Source: Chitinivibrionales bacterium (GTDB taxonomy: Bacteria; Fibrobacterota; Chitinivibrionia; Chitinivibrionales; WJKA01). Taken from it: a stretch of 64,000 nt of DNA. The stretch covers positions 8,633 through 72,632 of the forward strand of contig JBBRUX010000018.1 of assembly GCA_038247415.1 (NCBI GenBank). The letters run 5' to 3'. The translations under genes and the position numbers were made by a program. Below are positions 21,042 to 30,642 of this stretch, piece after piece; position 1 is the stretch's first letter, and the number at the start of each line of letters is the position of its first letter. Below the pieces are notes generated by a model. That model saw only the letters and a program-made list of their open reading frames with translations, was not told where the DNA came from and did no database searches.

Positions 21042-21782
21042 TCAATTAAGTGTAAAAGTCACGCGATAGATATACCGGATTCGCTGTTTTTTACCATTGA
21101 TTCGTGGCGGGGGGAAGCGCCACTTCGGCAAAACCATGGCAGTCTCTTGTGCAAACGATGCATGACCAAATGTTTTTGTAATTGTAAATGACTCCACAAG
21201 CCCACTCTCACTAATGACAAGATCCGCATCAACATATCCTTCTATATTTGCAGCTCGGGCAATTGCAGGATACAAAGGCTTAAGCTCACTTATCGGAGCA
21301 AAATTTACATTATCTAACGTAGCAGCTCCTGCAACACGAACAGGACTCGTCTCGCTACCTCCCCCACCCGCTCCCCTAGACGAAGATGCTATCGATGAAC
21401 CACTGTTTTTCTGTACAGGCACACCGGCACCCTGATCTGCCGCAGTTGACTCTTGGGATATAAGCGTATCTTCTTTGAGTTCCTGAGTGGGTACAAGTGC
21501 TTCTGAGATCGGCTTTGATACTTCTTTTATAGCTTCTGAGTGTGTTGTAGATGCCGTGCTTGATGATGGCGCGCTTTGCGCAACTGTTGGGCTACTTTCC
21601 GAAACCTCGGCGGGCAGGGACACAAGCGTTATAGTTGGCGCAAGAGATGCTGGCAATTTTTGAGGATGTAAACACACAAGGAAAAAAACTGCAAGAAGGC
21701 CATGGACAAGCAGCGATAGCCCAATAACTTTCCAATTGTCAAATTCATCAGAAGCGCAGTAAGGTTGTAAAGCTGTTGCCAT
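21042..21782 (-). CDS. tonB: Energy transducer TonB
   Basis: N-terminal TM with SLLVH, low-complexity linker, PLYPAIARAANIEGYV...KWRFPP. Confidence 0.85.
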   Translation of the reverse strand: MATALQPYCASDEFDNWKVIGLSLLVHGLLAVFFLVCLHPQKLPASLAPTITLVSLPAEVSESSPTVAQSAPSSSTASTTHSEAIKEVSKPISEALVPTQELKEDTLISQESTAADQGAGVPVQKNSGSSIASSSRGAGGGGSETSPVRVAGAATLDNVNFAPISELKPLYPAIARAANIEGYVDADLVISESGLVESFTITKTFGHASFAQETAMVLPKWRFPPPRINGKKQRIRYIYRVTFTLN

Positions 21783-21785
21783 ATT

Positions 21786-24700
21786 TTAAAACTTAAGATC
21801 AATGCCGAGATATATAAAAGGGATTGGCCAATTCATGGCAAAGGATTGGGCCCCCCCACCCTTTCTATCCCTCAGCAAAAAATTGGGAACATTAGTAGGA
21901 TTCCATACCTCCAAATATAAATGCCCAGAAGAATGTTTGAGCTCAAATCCTTTAGAAATTTTAAAATCAAACCGATGATACGGAGCGTAGCGTTTATTAT
22001 TATACGGTCCAATAACTAAAGCAGAGTCACCCTTTGTGCTAAACTCGGTATAAGGTACCCCCGACATAAAACGATACTTAACGGCAATTTCATATTTGCG
22101 GGGCAGGCGATAATAATTGACTAAATAAAGCAACAAAGGCCTAGAAAAAGGCGAATCATGCCAGCGCCATCCGGGATTACGTTGACGAATAGAATTTCCC
22201 AAACTTGCCGAAATCCACCCACTCCAAAAATCGGCAGGGTTGTACCGCAGCATATAGTCAATCCCATACGCAACGCCTTTCCCACTGTTTTCGAATGTGC
22301 TTGTATAAATACCATCTTTACCGGTAATCTGGTGGATGATTTCTTCGGTAGTCATTGGATTATTTGGATCATTTACTCGTAGAATATATTGCTGCAAAAG
22401 CTCTCCGGTTGTATCGGATATCAATCTATTTACAAAATCTGAAAAATCCTGTGTTATAAATTCACTCGTAAGGTCAAAGTAATACTTTCCATAAATATCA
22501 ACTTTATGCGTAAGCCAAGGCAAAAGCCTCCGCTCCTCGCCAATGCTTGCGTGCCACACTTTTTCTGGCTTAAGCTGGTCGGATAGTGCAAGCGATGCCA
22601 AATCATAATTGTTCTGGGTATACATTCCTAATGCACCAATCAACTCATGCGTTTCATTGAGGGAATACTTAGCGCAAACGCGAGGAGAAGGCATAAGCGT
22701 GGCATCGGCCGAAGAAAACTCAAGTCGCATACCCCACGATAACGCCAACCGATCGGTTGCATGCCATTCATCCTGTATGTATCCATTAACCCCTAGCGAT
22801 GTGCTCGTACCCTTATAGCGGGTGTACATCCCGGCAAGTATCGATCCGAAAAACAAGTCGTTGGCCCCGAAATTGCCTGCATCATTTCCCGTGTACACTG
22901 CGCCAGAATCGCCTGTTAAAGGCCCTATATAATCGGCATAGTTGGAATTTCCTTCGACAATCAACTGATGCAAAGCTCGCAACATATCGACATTAAAGCG
23001 GGAATACGACATATCGAGCTGGATTCCGCTATTGACAACGTGATTAGCCCATCGAGTAGAAATCAGCCCTGCTGCCAGATTAACTATATCAATTGACACA
23101 TCATAACGAGGGATACTTGTTGTTCCCACAAAGTCATCATCTAAAAATGGAACTGAAACATTCCACCAGCGCTTCTGCCATGCTGCTGTAAGAGTGCCAA
23201 GCCGATGCATATCAATTGTTTTTTGGGCTTTTGCGAAGAGAATATTATAATATGAACGATAATACAGCGAAGTGTCGGTTTTTATCCCACTAGTGGGATT
23301 TACAAGGGTTCCAAAAGAATCTGTTACACTGGAATCAGAGGTATAGCTAGGGCTAGTAAGTTTAGAAAGATCCGAATTGAATATTTCCTTAACTGTCAGA
23401 TCAACTCCTTGAGGAGTACGGAAATCCAACCCAATTGATGCGTCACGATAATCGGGAAGATTGATTGTTTTCTTGAATTCATTTACATATTGCATTTCGC
23501 CTTGCATCGATCCAGCCACATCAAGCACCCGCTTGAAAATAAAATCCTGCCAAGATCCTTGAGCCGAGGCGTTGAGCGCTATACGTTCTTTATTTAAGGG
23601 GACCGATAGGTATGCTCCCCCTTGAAGCATATTCAAATCGAAATCAAACACCGTGCTATCGAGATCTCTCCGCGATTCGAGAACTACAAGGCCCGATTGG
23701 GCATTATAATATTGAGCAGGAAACCCGGATTTATAGAGCGTCAAACTTTTCATGGCAAGTTGATTTGCAGTAGATCGAACACCTCCATAATGATATGGTT
23801 GAATAAGCGAAAGCCCATCCATGATTATTCGGGATTCGAGGGGATCTCCACCACGAATAATAGGCTGAGCCGACATATCGCTTTGAGCTGCAACGCCTGG
23901 TAAGGTTTGCAAAACGCGTAGGGGATCGTTCGTGGTTGCGACAGTGCGAATAAGTTCTTTTTGACTGATTGTTGTTTTGGCTACCGATGACGTAACATGA
24001 AGTGCTTCACGTTTTGCAGAAACATTAATTTCTCGTCGGATAGCGCGCTCGCCAATCTTGGTTGTCGAAAGTGTAACGTATGGTTGCTTATCGGCATTCC
24101 CTAGAACAATCGGCTCGAAAATTTCTTTATATCCAGGAACCACAACTCTAAAAACATGCCTGCCACCGATATAGGTTTGGATTTTAAACGCAGAAGCTTT
24201 TGAAACGGGGATGATTGTCGAATCGAAATAAAGCACCATGCCATCTATCGAAAGCGCAAGATCATTAGCGGCATTGGTTATGCTCCCGCTTATAGTCCAA
24301 GGAATTTTTGCAGAAACACGAGGTTCTTCGGTAACTCGTACATTTTTAGTTTCTGCTTGCTTAAGGGGGACAAGTGCACAGGTTACAAAATAATATAGTT
24401 TACTATCTGCTATTTGTATCATTTTCGAGAAGTGTTCGTATCCAAAAGCACTAATTTCTACAAAATGCACTAAACCACTTCCCACCCGCCCTTCAAAGTT
24501 GCCTGTAGAATCAACATTTACAGAAAAAGAGTCGATAGTGACAAATATTCTATCGGATTGGGGAAATACACTGGTAAGCGAATCAATGATTGCTCCTCCA
24601 ATTACAATCCCCGATTCTGCTTCAACGCTGCTGTTGCTTGAATGTGCGGTTGTTATAGAATCATTAATTGCAAGAGAATCTTGTACCCCGAGTTGCGCAT

Positions 24701-24815
24701 CTCCCAAATCTTCCATATTAAACTGCATAGCTTCAGGGGTTACGATGGTACTCTCCGCAAACACCATGCAACACAATATCAGGATCAATCCAAAAAAGTT
24801 GCGTTTAGATTCCAT
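21786..24815 (-). CDS. TonB-dependent receptor with N-terminal carboxypeptidase-regulatory-like domains
   Basis: DPLRVLQTLPGV, IIRGG, LYKSGFPAQY plug motifs; LKPEK; YHRFDFK; C-terminal Phe. Confidence 0.9.
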   Translation of the reverse strand: MESKRNFFGLILILCCMVFAESTIVTPEAMQFNMEDLGDAQLGVQDSLAINDSITTAHSSNSSVEAESGIVIGGAIIDSLTSVFPQSDRIFVTIDSFSVNVDSTGNFEGRVGSGLVHFVEISAFGYEHFSKMIQIADSKLYYFVTCALVPLKQAETKNVRVTEEPRVSAKIPWTISGSITNAANDLALSIDGMVLYFDSTIIPVSKASAFKIQTYIGGRHVFRVVVPGYKEIFEPIVLGNADKQPYVTLSTTKIGERAIRREINVSAKREALHVTSSVAKTTISQKELIRTVATTNDPLRVLQTLPGVAAQSDMSAQPIIRGGDPLESRIIMDGLSLIQPYHYGGVRSTANQLAMKSLTLYKSGFPAQYYNAQSGLVVLESRRDLDSTVFDFDLNMLQGGAYLSVPLNKERIALNASAQGSWQDFIFKRVLDVAGSMQGEMQYVNEFKKTINLPDYRDASIGLDFRTPQGVDLTVKEIFNSDLSKLTSPSYTSDSSVTDSFGTLVNPTSGIKTDTSLYYRSYYNILFAKAQKTIDMHRLGTLTAAWQKRWWNVSVPFLDDDFVGTTSIPRYDVSIDIVNLAAGLISTRWANHVVNSGIQLDMSYSRFNVDMLRALHQLIVEGNSNYADYIGPLTGDSGAVYTGNDAGNFGANDLFFGSILAGMYTRYKGTSTSLGVNGYIQDEWHATDRLALSWGMRLEFSSADATLMPSPRVCAKYSLNETHELIGALGMYTQNNYDLASLALSDQLKPEKVWHASIGEERRLLPWLTHKVDIYGKYYFDLTSEFITQDFSDFVNRLISDTTGELLQQYILRVNDPNNPMTTEEIIHQITGKDGIYTSTFENSGKGVAYGIDYMLRYNPADFWSGWISASLGNSIRQRNPGWRWHDSPFSRPLLLYLVNYYRLPRKYEIAVKYRFMSGVPYTEFSTKGDSALVIGPYNNKRYAPYHRFDFKISKGFELKHSSGHLYLEVWNPTNVPNFLLRDRKGGGAQSFAMNWPIPFIYLGIDLKF

Positions 24816-25587
24816 GACACCAGCCTAATCCAATATGCCATGAAAAGCCCACATTCCCCGGGGCCTGCCAATTCGGTGTGCACAGAGAAACTTCAGGAGT
24901 TACAATATCAGGCAAGAACGGCATGGAGGGGAGGAAAATTGACATCCCCGCTACTATTCGAATATTAACTTTCTGGTCATGTCGATCTAGAAATCCAGCT
25001 TCCGAAATCGCTGTAGAATTATCTGCGACATCGGTTGAAAGGAGGTTAATGCGCACATTTGCATAGGGAAGAAGATATTTATACTCAATGCCAGCAGCAT
25101 ATTCGGCAAAAAAACCATTATCTACCCAAGCGCCAGCATTCCATCCTAAAGACACATTATGGTGATAAATACTTTGTGAAAGCGCAAGAAGCGGCAGCCC
25201 ACAACGAAAGTCAAATTCAGTCAAAGGCGGGCCCAATCCCTCCCCATATTGAGTAGGCCACTCCAGAAGCATCCCCACTTCCAGACCTCGCCCAAAAGGA
25301 CGTTTAGGTAAAACTCCAAGGCGATAATCCAGACAATATGACGGCTTCCATACTGCCCTATAGCTACCTAGACCGAACGTCTGCCGAGCCGCTCCGACAT
25401 ATACTGGAAGAATTACATAATCCGTGAATTTTCTTGCCCCCACCCCAATTGTTACTTCATTCTCACCAGGATTGAGCAATTTTCCATTATTATACGAATG
25501 GGCCGAGAAAAAACAGCCGGGTATGGCTAAAACAGTTATTCCAAGAATAATTGCTACCAGACAACGGCGCACAAATGTGTGAAACAT
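24805..25587 (-). CDS. Hypothetical outer-membrane lipoprotein (start uncertain)
   Basis: LAIPGC lipobox-like signal, beta-strand-rich body; overlaps the TBDR start. Confidence 0.55.
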   Translation of the reverse strand: MFHTFVRRCLVAIILGITVLAIPGCFFSAHSYNNGKLLNPGENEVTIGVGARKFTDYVILPVYVGAARQTFGLGSYRAVWKPSYCLDYRLGVLPKRPFGRGLEVGMLLEWPTQYGEGLGPPLTEFDFRCGLPLLALSQSIYHHNVSLGWNAGAWVDNGFFAEYAAGIEYKYLLPYANVRINLLSTDVADNSTAISEAGFLDRHDQKVNIRIVAGMSIFLPSMPFLPDIVTPEVSLCTPNWQAPGNVGFSWHIGLGWCHGI

Positions 25588-25781
25588 GTGGATATTCTGC
25601 GGTAAACAACGGCGCATTAACGAGTGCATAGCTATTTTCTTCATGACAAGAAAATGGTATAAATGCACATCTAATTCAAGCAATGGGGTAATTTATTTGA
25701 GGGAGGAAGATTTTTTGTATTCTAAAAGATTCACCATTCACATACGGTAAGACCACATTGCATCTGATAAGTATCGCCCAT

Positions 25782-25817
25782 AAAAAAAGCGGATGCAGAC
25801 TTTTAGCATGCACCCGC
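25782..25817 (-). terminator. Intrinsic terminator upstream of the lipoprotein-TBDR-tonB operon
   Basis: Minus strand GCGGGTGCA-loop-TGCATCCGC followed by T7. Confidence 0.75.
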
Positions 25818-26043
25818 TCATCCTGAATATTCAGGGCCTTTATACTCTTTTGCTCTACTCATTTCTTTGGGGAAGTTATGAGTAAACAAACGCACATTCG
25901 GGAGGTGCCTTAGAGTTTCAGGCTGGTTTCATTAAATTGTATCGGCACTTAAATGTGGGTACTTTAATTTTTTTTAAAGTATATTAAAATCTATTTTAAT
26001 CTGAGCAAGAAATAAATTTAACCAACTCTATTTGGAGGGATTT

Positions 26044-28917
26044 ATGCCTAAAGCTGCCATCACGAAAAAAACAGTATCCAAAAAAGCTGCCCAGCCACTA
26101 AAAAAAGCATCTAAGCCGGCCGCACAATCTCCAACCGCCTCAAAAAATGCTCCTTTTGGCGGACTTGCGGCTCGCAATGGAACTGGCCCTCTTTGGAAAT
26201 TTACCGATGCACAAGATGGTTCTTTTATTGTGCCCAATGCCGATTATATTTCTGCATTGTACTTCCCGCTCTTTAATGAAGCTGGTATGAAATGTAGCAT
26301 TACACCCGAATTTAAAGGGGATACATGCCGTTCTTTCACCAACTTTCTCTCAATACCATCAGTTACCGAAGATTTTCATTTAAGTAAAGCTAGTCGTAAT
26401 TTTTGGGTATATATGGAAGGTCTTCCTGCTTGGTCAACAACAGGGGTGAGTGCATTAAAGACATCTTCTATGTGGGATAGTTCACCCGAAGACGCAACCG
26501 TTCATGCTGGAATCGGATGGTTTTCTACCATCAGGACAAATCGTAAAATGGGGTTATGTGCCGAAGCCACAGTTTTTGTTCCATCAAATAATGACATGGT
26601 AGAAGTTATGCAGGTGACCATCACCAATACCGGCAAAAAGCCAGTCACCTTTGTCCCAACGTCTGCATCCCCTATTTTTGGGCGTTCTGCAGACAACATT
26701 CGCGACCATCGTCAAGTAACCTCCATGTTTAACGAAATCGAAATCGCGCCTTTTGGGGTTATAACAAAAGCTCGCATCCTGCATGATGAACACGGACATC
26801 GACCCAATACAACCCAGTACGCAACCTTTGCTTGCTCAGAAAAGGGTGAGCAGCCCAAAGAAATTTGGTCGAACCAGAAGGAATTTATTGGCGAAGGCGG
26901 GTCACTTGACAATCCAGAATCAGTTGCGCGCAATCTCAAGGCTCCAAAGATAGGTACATTCCTAAAAGATGGGGTTGAAACCATTGCGGGTTTGCGATTT
27001 GCAAAAGCTACTCTTGTCCCCGGTGCCTCAAAATCATATATCATCATCCGAAGTATCAGCGATGATCGCGACTATTTTGACACTATGATAAAAAAATACG
27101 GATCAAAGAGCGCTTTTGATGAATACCTGGAAGAAACAAGCGCTTATTGGAACGATCTTATCGGGCGCATAAGCTATACCACTGGGAACTCCGACTTTGA
27201 CAATTGGATGCGCTGGGTTGTATTTCAACCCTTCTGCCGCAAAATATATGGAAATTCGTATCTGCCCGATCATGACTATGGCCGTGGCGGCCGCGGGTGG
27301 CGAGACCTCTGGTCGGACCTTCTTGCACTCTTTTTAGTCGACCCATCTTCTACACGCTCCGATATTATCAATAACCTTCACGGAATCCGCATCGATGGAA
27401 CCAATGCAACGATAATTGGATCGAAACCAGGGGATTTTGTTGCGGATCGCAACAATGTTGTGCGTACATGGTGTGATCATGGCACGTGGCCTTATTTTGT
27501 GGTTGATTTCTACCTTAACCAGACCGGCGACTACGACCTTCTATTCAAGGAAATAACCTACTTCAAGGACAAATTCTCACATCGAAGCAAGAAAATTGAT
27601 GAAGCATACACTACGTCAATGGGAAATTTTCAGAAAGATACTCATTCCGAAGTTTACAAAGGAACAATTCTTGAGCATATCCTTATTCAACAGCTTTCCT
27701 CGTTTTTTAATGTGGGCATTCATAACAATTTGCTCTTAGGCGGCGGAGACTGGAATGACACGTATGATATGGCTCGAGACAAAGGAGAATCAGTCTGTTT
27801 CTACAACTGGTTTGGCATGAACTTGCATTGTATTGCACAGGTTCTCGACCATCTTGCAAATAACGGTCATCCGAGCATTTCTTTACTCGAAGAAATTAAA
27901 ATTTTGCTCGATTCGCTCCCTGGTCAAACCAAAATCAATTACGAATCGGTTTCTGCTAAGCACGCGCTCCTTAACACTTATTTCGATACACTAGCATCTT
28001 CGGTAAGTGGTATTAAGGCTGCTATACCCACCAAAGAACTTGCTAAAGATCTTCGTCGCAAAGCAGACCACATTTTCGAGCATATCCGCAGCAAAGAGTA
28101 TGTCACCACAGCAGAAGGGTTTAGCTTCTTTAACGGACATTACGACAACGACTCTGTGCGAGTGCATGGTGACCATAAAAACGGTGTGCGCATCGACCTA
28201 ACATCCCAAGTGCTTGCCACTATGTGTGGCACCGCCAATCAAGATCAGGTAGTGGAAACATTCCGTTCAATCAACAAGTACCTTAAAAACAAAAAAACTG
28301 GTGGCCTCAGCCTCTGCTCGGATTTTGGTGAAGTAAAGCTCAATTTTGGTCGGGTTACAGGTTTTGCCTTTGGCTGGCGTGAACATGGTTCAATCTGGAG
28401 CCAGATGAATGTAATGTACCTGTATGCGCTTTACTCACGCAACTGCGTTGAGGAGGGGTATAGCGTTCTTAAAGATCTCATTATTTTGTCAATAAAATCG
28501 GAACAAAACCGTGTTTTTCCCAACATTCCTTCGTGCTTTCAGCTCAATGGCAAAGGCATGAGCAATTATCTTACCGGTTCTCCTACGTGGCTAGTTCTTG
28601 CTATGACAAGCCTTGTTTTTGGCGTTAGGGGCAACGCTGGTAATCTGTGCATTAACCCCAAGCTTAAAAAGGAACAATTTTCTAAAGATGGGATCGCTTC
28701 AACGACCTTTAATTTTCACGACAAAACTGTCGCCCTCACCTATGTGAACAAGAAAAAACTTGAATGGGACAAGTACGAGATCTGCAGCGCAACTTGCAAT
28801 GGCACAGATTTGTTACGTAAAGAAGGATCTGCAAAAAACATGCTTCTCGTTGACAAAAATGATTTCATTGCACTCTGTAATCAACTGGTCAATGAGATTA
28901 TTGTGATACTTGCCTAA
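26044..28917 (+). CDS. GH94 glycoside phosphorylase, laminaribiose phosphorylase-like
   Basis: LYFPLFNEAG, SRNFW, GRSADNIRDHRQVTS, DYGRGGRGWRDLW, catalytic-region DWND, YLTGS; resembles the Paenibacillus laminaribiose phosphorylase subgroup as recalled. Confidence 0.85.
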   Translation: MPKAAITKKTVSKKAAQPLKKASKPAAQSPTASKNAPFGGLAARNGTGPLWKFTDAQDGSFIVPNADYISALYFPLFNEAGMKCSITPEFKGDTCRSFTNFLSIPSVTEDFHLSKASRNFWVYMEGLPAWSTTGVSALKTSSMWDSSPEDATVHAGIGWFSTIRTNRKMGLCAEATVFVPSNNDMVEVMQVTITNTGKKPVTFVPTSASPIFGRSADNIRDHRQVTSMFNEIEIAPFGVITKARILHDEHGHRPNTTQYATFACSEKGEQPKEIWSNQKEFIGEGGSLDNPESVARNLKAPKIGTFLKDGVETIAGLRFAKATLVPGASKSYIIIRSISDDRDYFDTMIKKYGSKSAFDEYLEETSAYWNDLIGRISYTTGNSDFDNWMRWVVFQPFCRKIYGNSYLPDHDYGRGGRGWRDLWSDLLALFLVDPSSTRSDIINNLHGIRIDGTNATIIGSKPGDFVADRNNVVRTWCDHGTWPYFVVDFYLNQTGDYDLLFKEITYFKDKFSHRSKKIDEAYTTSMGNFQKDTHSEVYKGTILEHILIQQLSSFFNVGIHNNLLLGGGDWNDTYDMARDKGESVCFYNWFGMNLHCIAQVLDHLANNGHPSISLLEEIKILLDSLPGQTKINYESVSAKHALLNTYFDTLASSVSGIKAAIPTKELAKDLRRKADHIFEHIRSKEYVTTAEGFSFFNGHYDNDSVRVHGDHKNGVRIDLTSQVLATMCGTANQDQVVETFRSINKYLKNKKTGGLSLCSDFGEVKLNFGRVTGFAFGWREHGSIWSQMNVMYLYALYSRNCVEEGYSVLKDLIILSIKSEQNRVFPNIPSCFQLNGKGMSNYLTGSPTWLVLAMTSLVFGVRGNAGNLCINPKLKKEQFSKDGIASTTFNFHDKTVALTYVNKKKLEWDKYEICSATCNGTDLLRKEGSAKNMLLVDKNDFIALCNQLVNEIIVILA

Positions 28918-28930
28918 GAAATGCACACAT

Positions 28931-28969
28931 ATCCTACGATCGTTGGCGTAAGCTTAACTATCGTAGGAT
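28931..28969 (+). terminator. Hairpin after GH94, probable terminator
   Basis: ATCCTACGAT...ATCGTAGGAT inverted repeat 14 nt after the stop. Confidence 0.55.
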
Positions 28970-28986
28970 TTACATTCTTGTGCAAT

Positions 28987-29098
28987 AGAGGTAATTACAA
29001 AAATCCTCACTGTCACCCTTCGACTCCGCTCAGGGTGCGATTTTGAGGCTGATTGCTGAGCGAAGTCGAAGCGAACGGAGCGTTTTGTAATAAGCTCT
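28987..29098. mobile_element. MITE/REP-like miniature inverted-repeat element
   Basis: Terminal IRs AGAGGTAATTACAAAA / TTTTGTAATAAGCTCT (14/16 match) enclosing an inverted pair CTTCGACTCCGCTCAG...CTGAGCGAAGTCGAAG. Confidence 0.65.
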
Positions 29099-29107
29099 CT
29101 AGTGAAC

Positions 29108-29464
29108 TCATGTTCCAAGTGCTACTTCCACGACTAAAAATTCGAGGTCGCTCGCCCCATCATTTACTAAACCGTGATATCCGCTAATTTTATTAAGAAT
29201 CATATCCCCTTTTTGAACTTTTGATACTTCCCCATCAACTGTCATTGTTCCGCATCCCGATAAAACGATGTACATCTCTTCATTATCGCCATGAGTATGT
29301 AACCCGATGCTTGCGTTGGGAGGCAAAACTACATGGTCAACAAAACTCCACGGCGTAGCAAAATCGGTTCCTTGCCAGACCCGGCTATAGCGCATTTCTC
29401 CAAGCCCACCTGGCTTATGTGTTGTTTTTGTTTTTGGGGCAGAGAGAAAGTTACGGATGTTCAT
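29108..29464 (-). CDS. Cupin domain protein
   Basis: GLHTHGDNEEMYIVLSG...GD...HGLVN cupin motifs. Confidence 0.9.
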   Translation of the reverse strand: MNIRNFLSAPKTKTTHKPGGLGEMRYSRVWQGTDFATPWSFVDHVVLPPNASIGLHTHGDNEEMYIVLSGCGTMTVDGEVSKVQKGDMILNKISGYHGLVNDGASDLEFLVVEVALGT

Positions 29465-29832
29465 TGATACTCCTTTTGTAAAAAAACAGGTTCTTTTCGA
29501 TTTCAAACCGACTTAGCAAACCTAAACACAAATAAAGCATAATAACCTTATTCGTTTCAGAAAAATAGTCTTGTTCCGTGTAACTTACACAATAATGTAT
29601 TGGGAAGATTTTATGTAATATTCATGAACGAGTCGATTATTAAAATTTTTCGTTAATCTACCGGTTCTTTGTAGGAGTAGCCCCATTTTATATATCATTG
29701 TGATATTTTCATTCTGGATAATTCCCGTCCTATCGCAAAACCCTCGCATTTACACTCATAATTCAGCGGCATAATAATTGCGTAAGTTATTTTCACTAAA
29801 AGTTTGCAACCCTCTTAAGCTAAGGAAAAAAT

Positions 29833-30348
29833 ATGAATCGATCAGTTGCTCTAACTATTCTGCTCGCAGGTTTCTTGACAACAGCCCAAGCACATTTCAT
29901 GTCTAACCTCTTTCCCCGCAAAGACTTTGCTCATGCAACATATGGAAAATCTTCTGCTGTGCACCATATTCTTATAAGTGGTACAAAAAGCGACTACAAA
30001 GAAGCATTTGTCAGCCGCATACTCGATAGCCTCAAAGCAGATTCTATCTACATTTCGGTGATTCCTCTTAAGGATCTTAAAAAAACACTTGTGCAAAACT
30101 ATCAGGCGATTTTTCTTATCGATGTGTGCATAGCTTGGGCAGAAGAGAATAAGGTTCTTGATTTTGTTCGCAAGAACAAGAATTATAAAGGATTTGTTGT
30201 TTACACCACCGCAGGAGATCCAAACGGGTGCGGATCAAAATCATTTCCTGCGGGCATTGATGCAATTAGCTCTGCATCCGATGCAGCCAAAGTTCCTGAA
30301 CTCCTTAAAACGATACTTGGAATGCTGCATAACAAAATGTCTCAATAA
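29833..30348 (+). CDS. Exported hypothetical protein (flavodoxin-like alpha/beta)
   Basis: AAGGA RBS, signal peptide, GIDAISSAS motif. Confidence 0.6.
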   Translation: MNRSVALTILLAGFLTTAQAHFMSNLFPRKDFAHATYGKSSAVHHILISGTKSDYKEAFVSRILDSLKADSIYISVIPLKDLKKTLVQNYQAIFLIDVCIAWAEENKVLDFVRKNKNYKGFVVYTTAGDPNGCGSKSFPAGIDAISSASDAAKVPELLKTILGMLHNKMSQ

Positions 30349-30363
30349 TATACCGTACACATA

Positions 30364-30389
30364 TGGGGGCATAGCGTTATGAGCCCCCA
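30364..30389 (+). terminator. Hairpin after hypothetical gene
   Basis: TGGGGGC...GCCCCCA; no U-tract on the plus strand. Confidence 0.35.
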
Positions 30390-30642
30390 AAAATCCCACT
30401 CTACTTACCTGCTAACCTTTTTTGCAATCCCAAATCTTAGTCAGAACAAGGTATAATCATTTTTCTTAATAGTAATGATTGTATCCTTAGAGTGATTTCC
30501 TCAGCAATATTCAGACAATCCCAGATTTTTTTCATACAAAACACGAAAAACAGGCTCAAATTACAACTAGATTACAGTTGAGGTATTAACAAGTATACTA
30601 CATTCATTCATACATATTTACCAAAACAAGGAGCAGCCCCCT

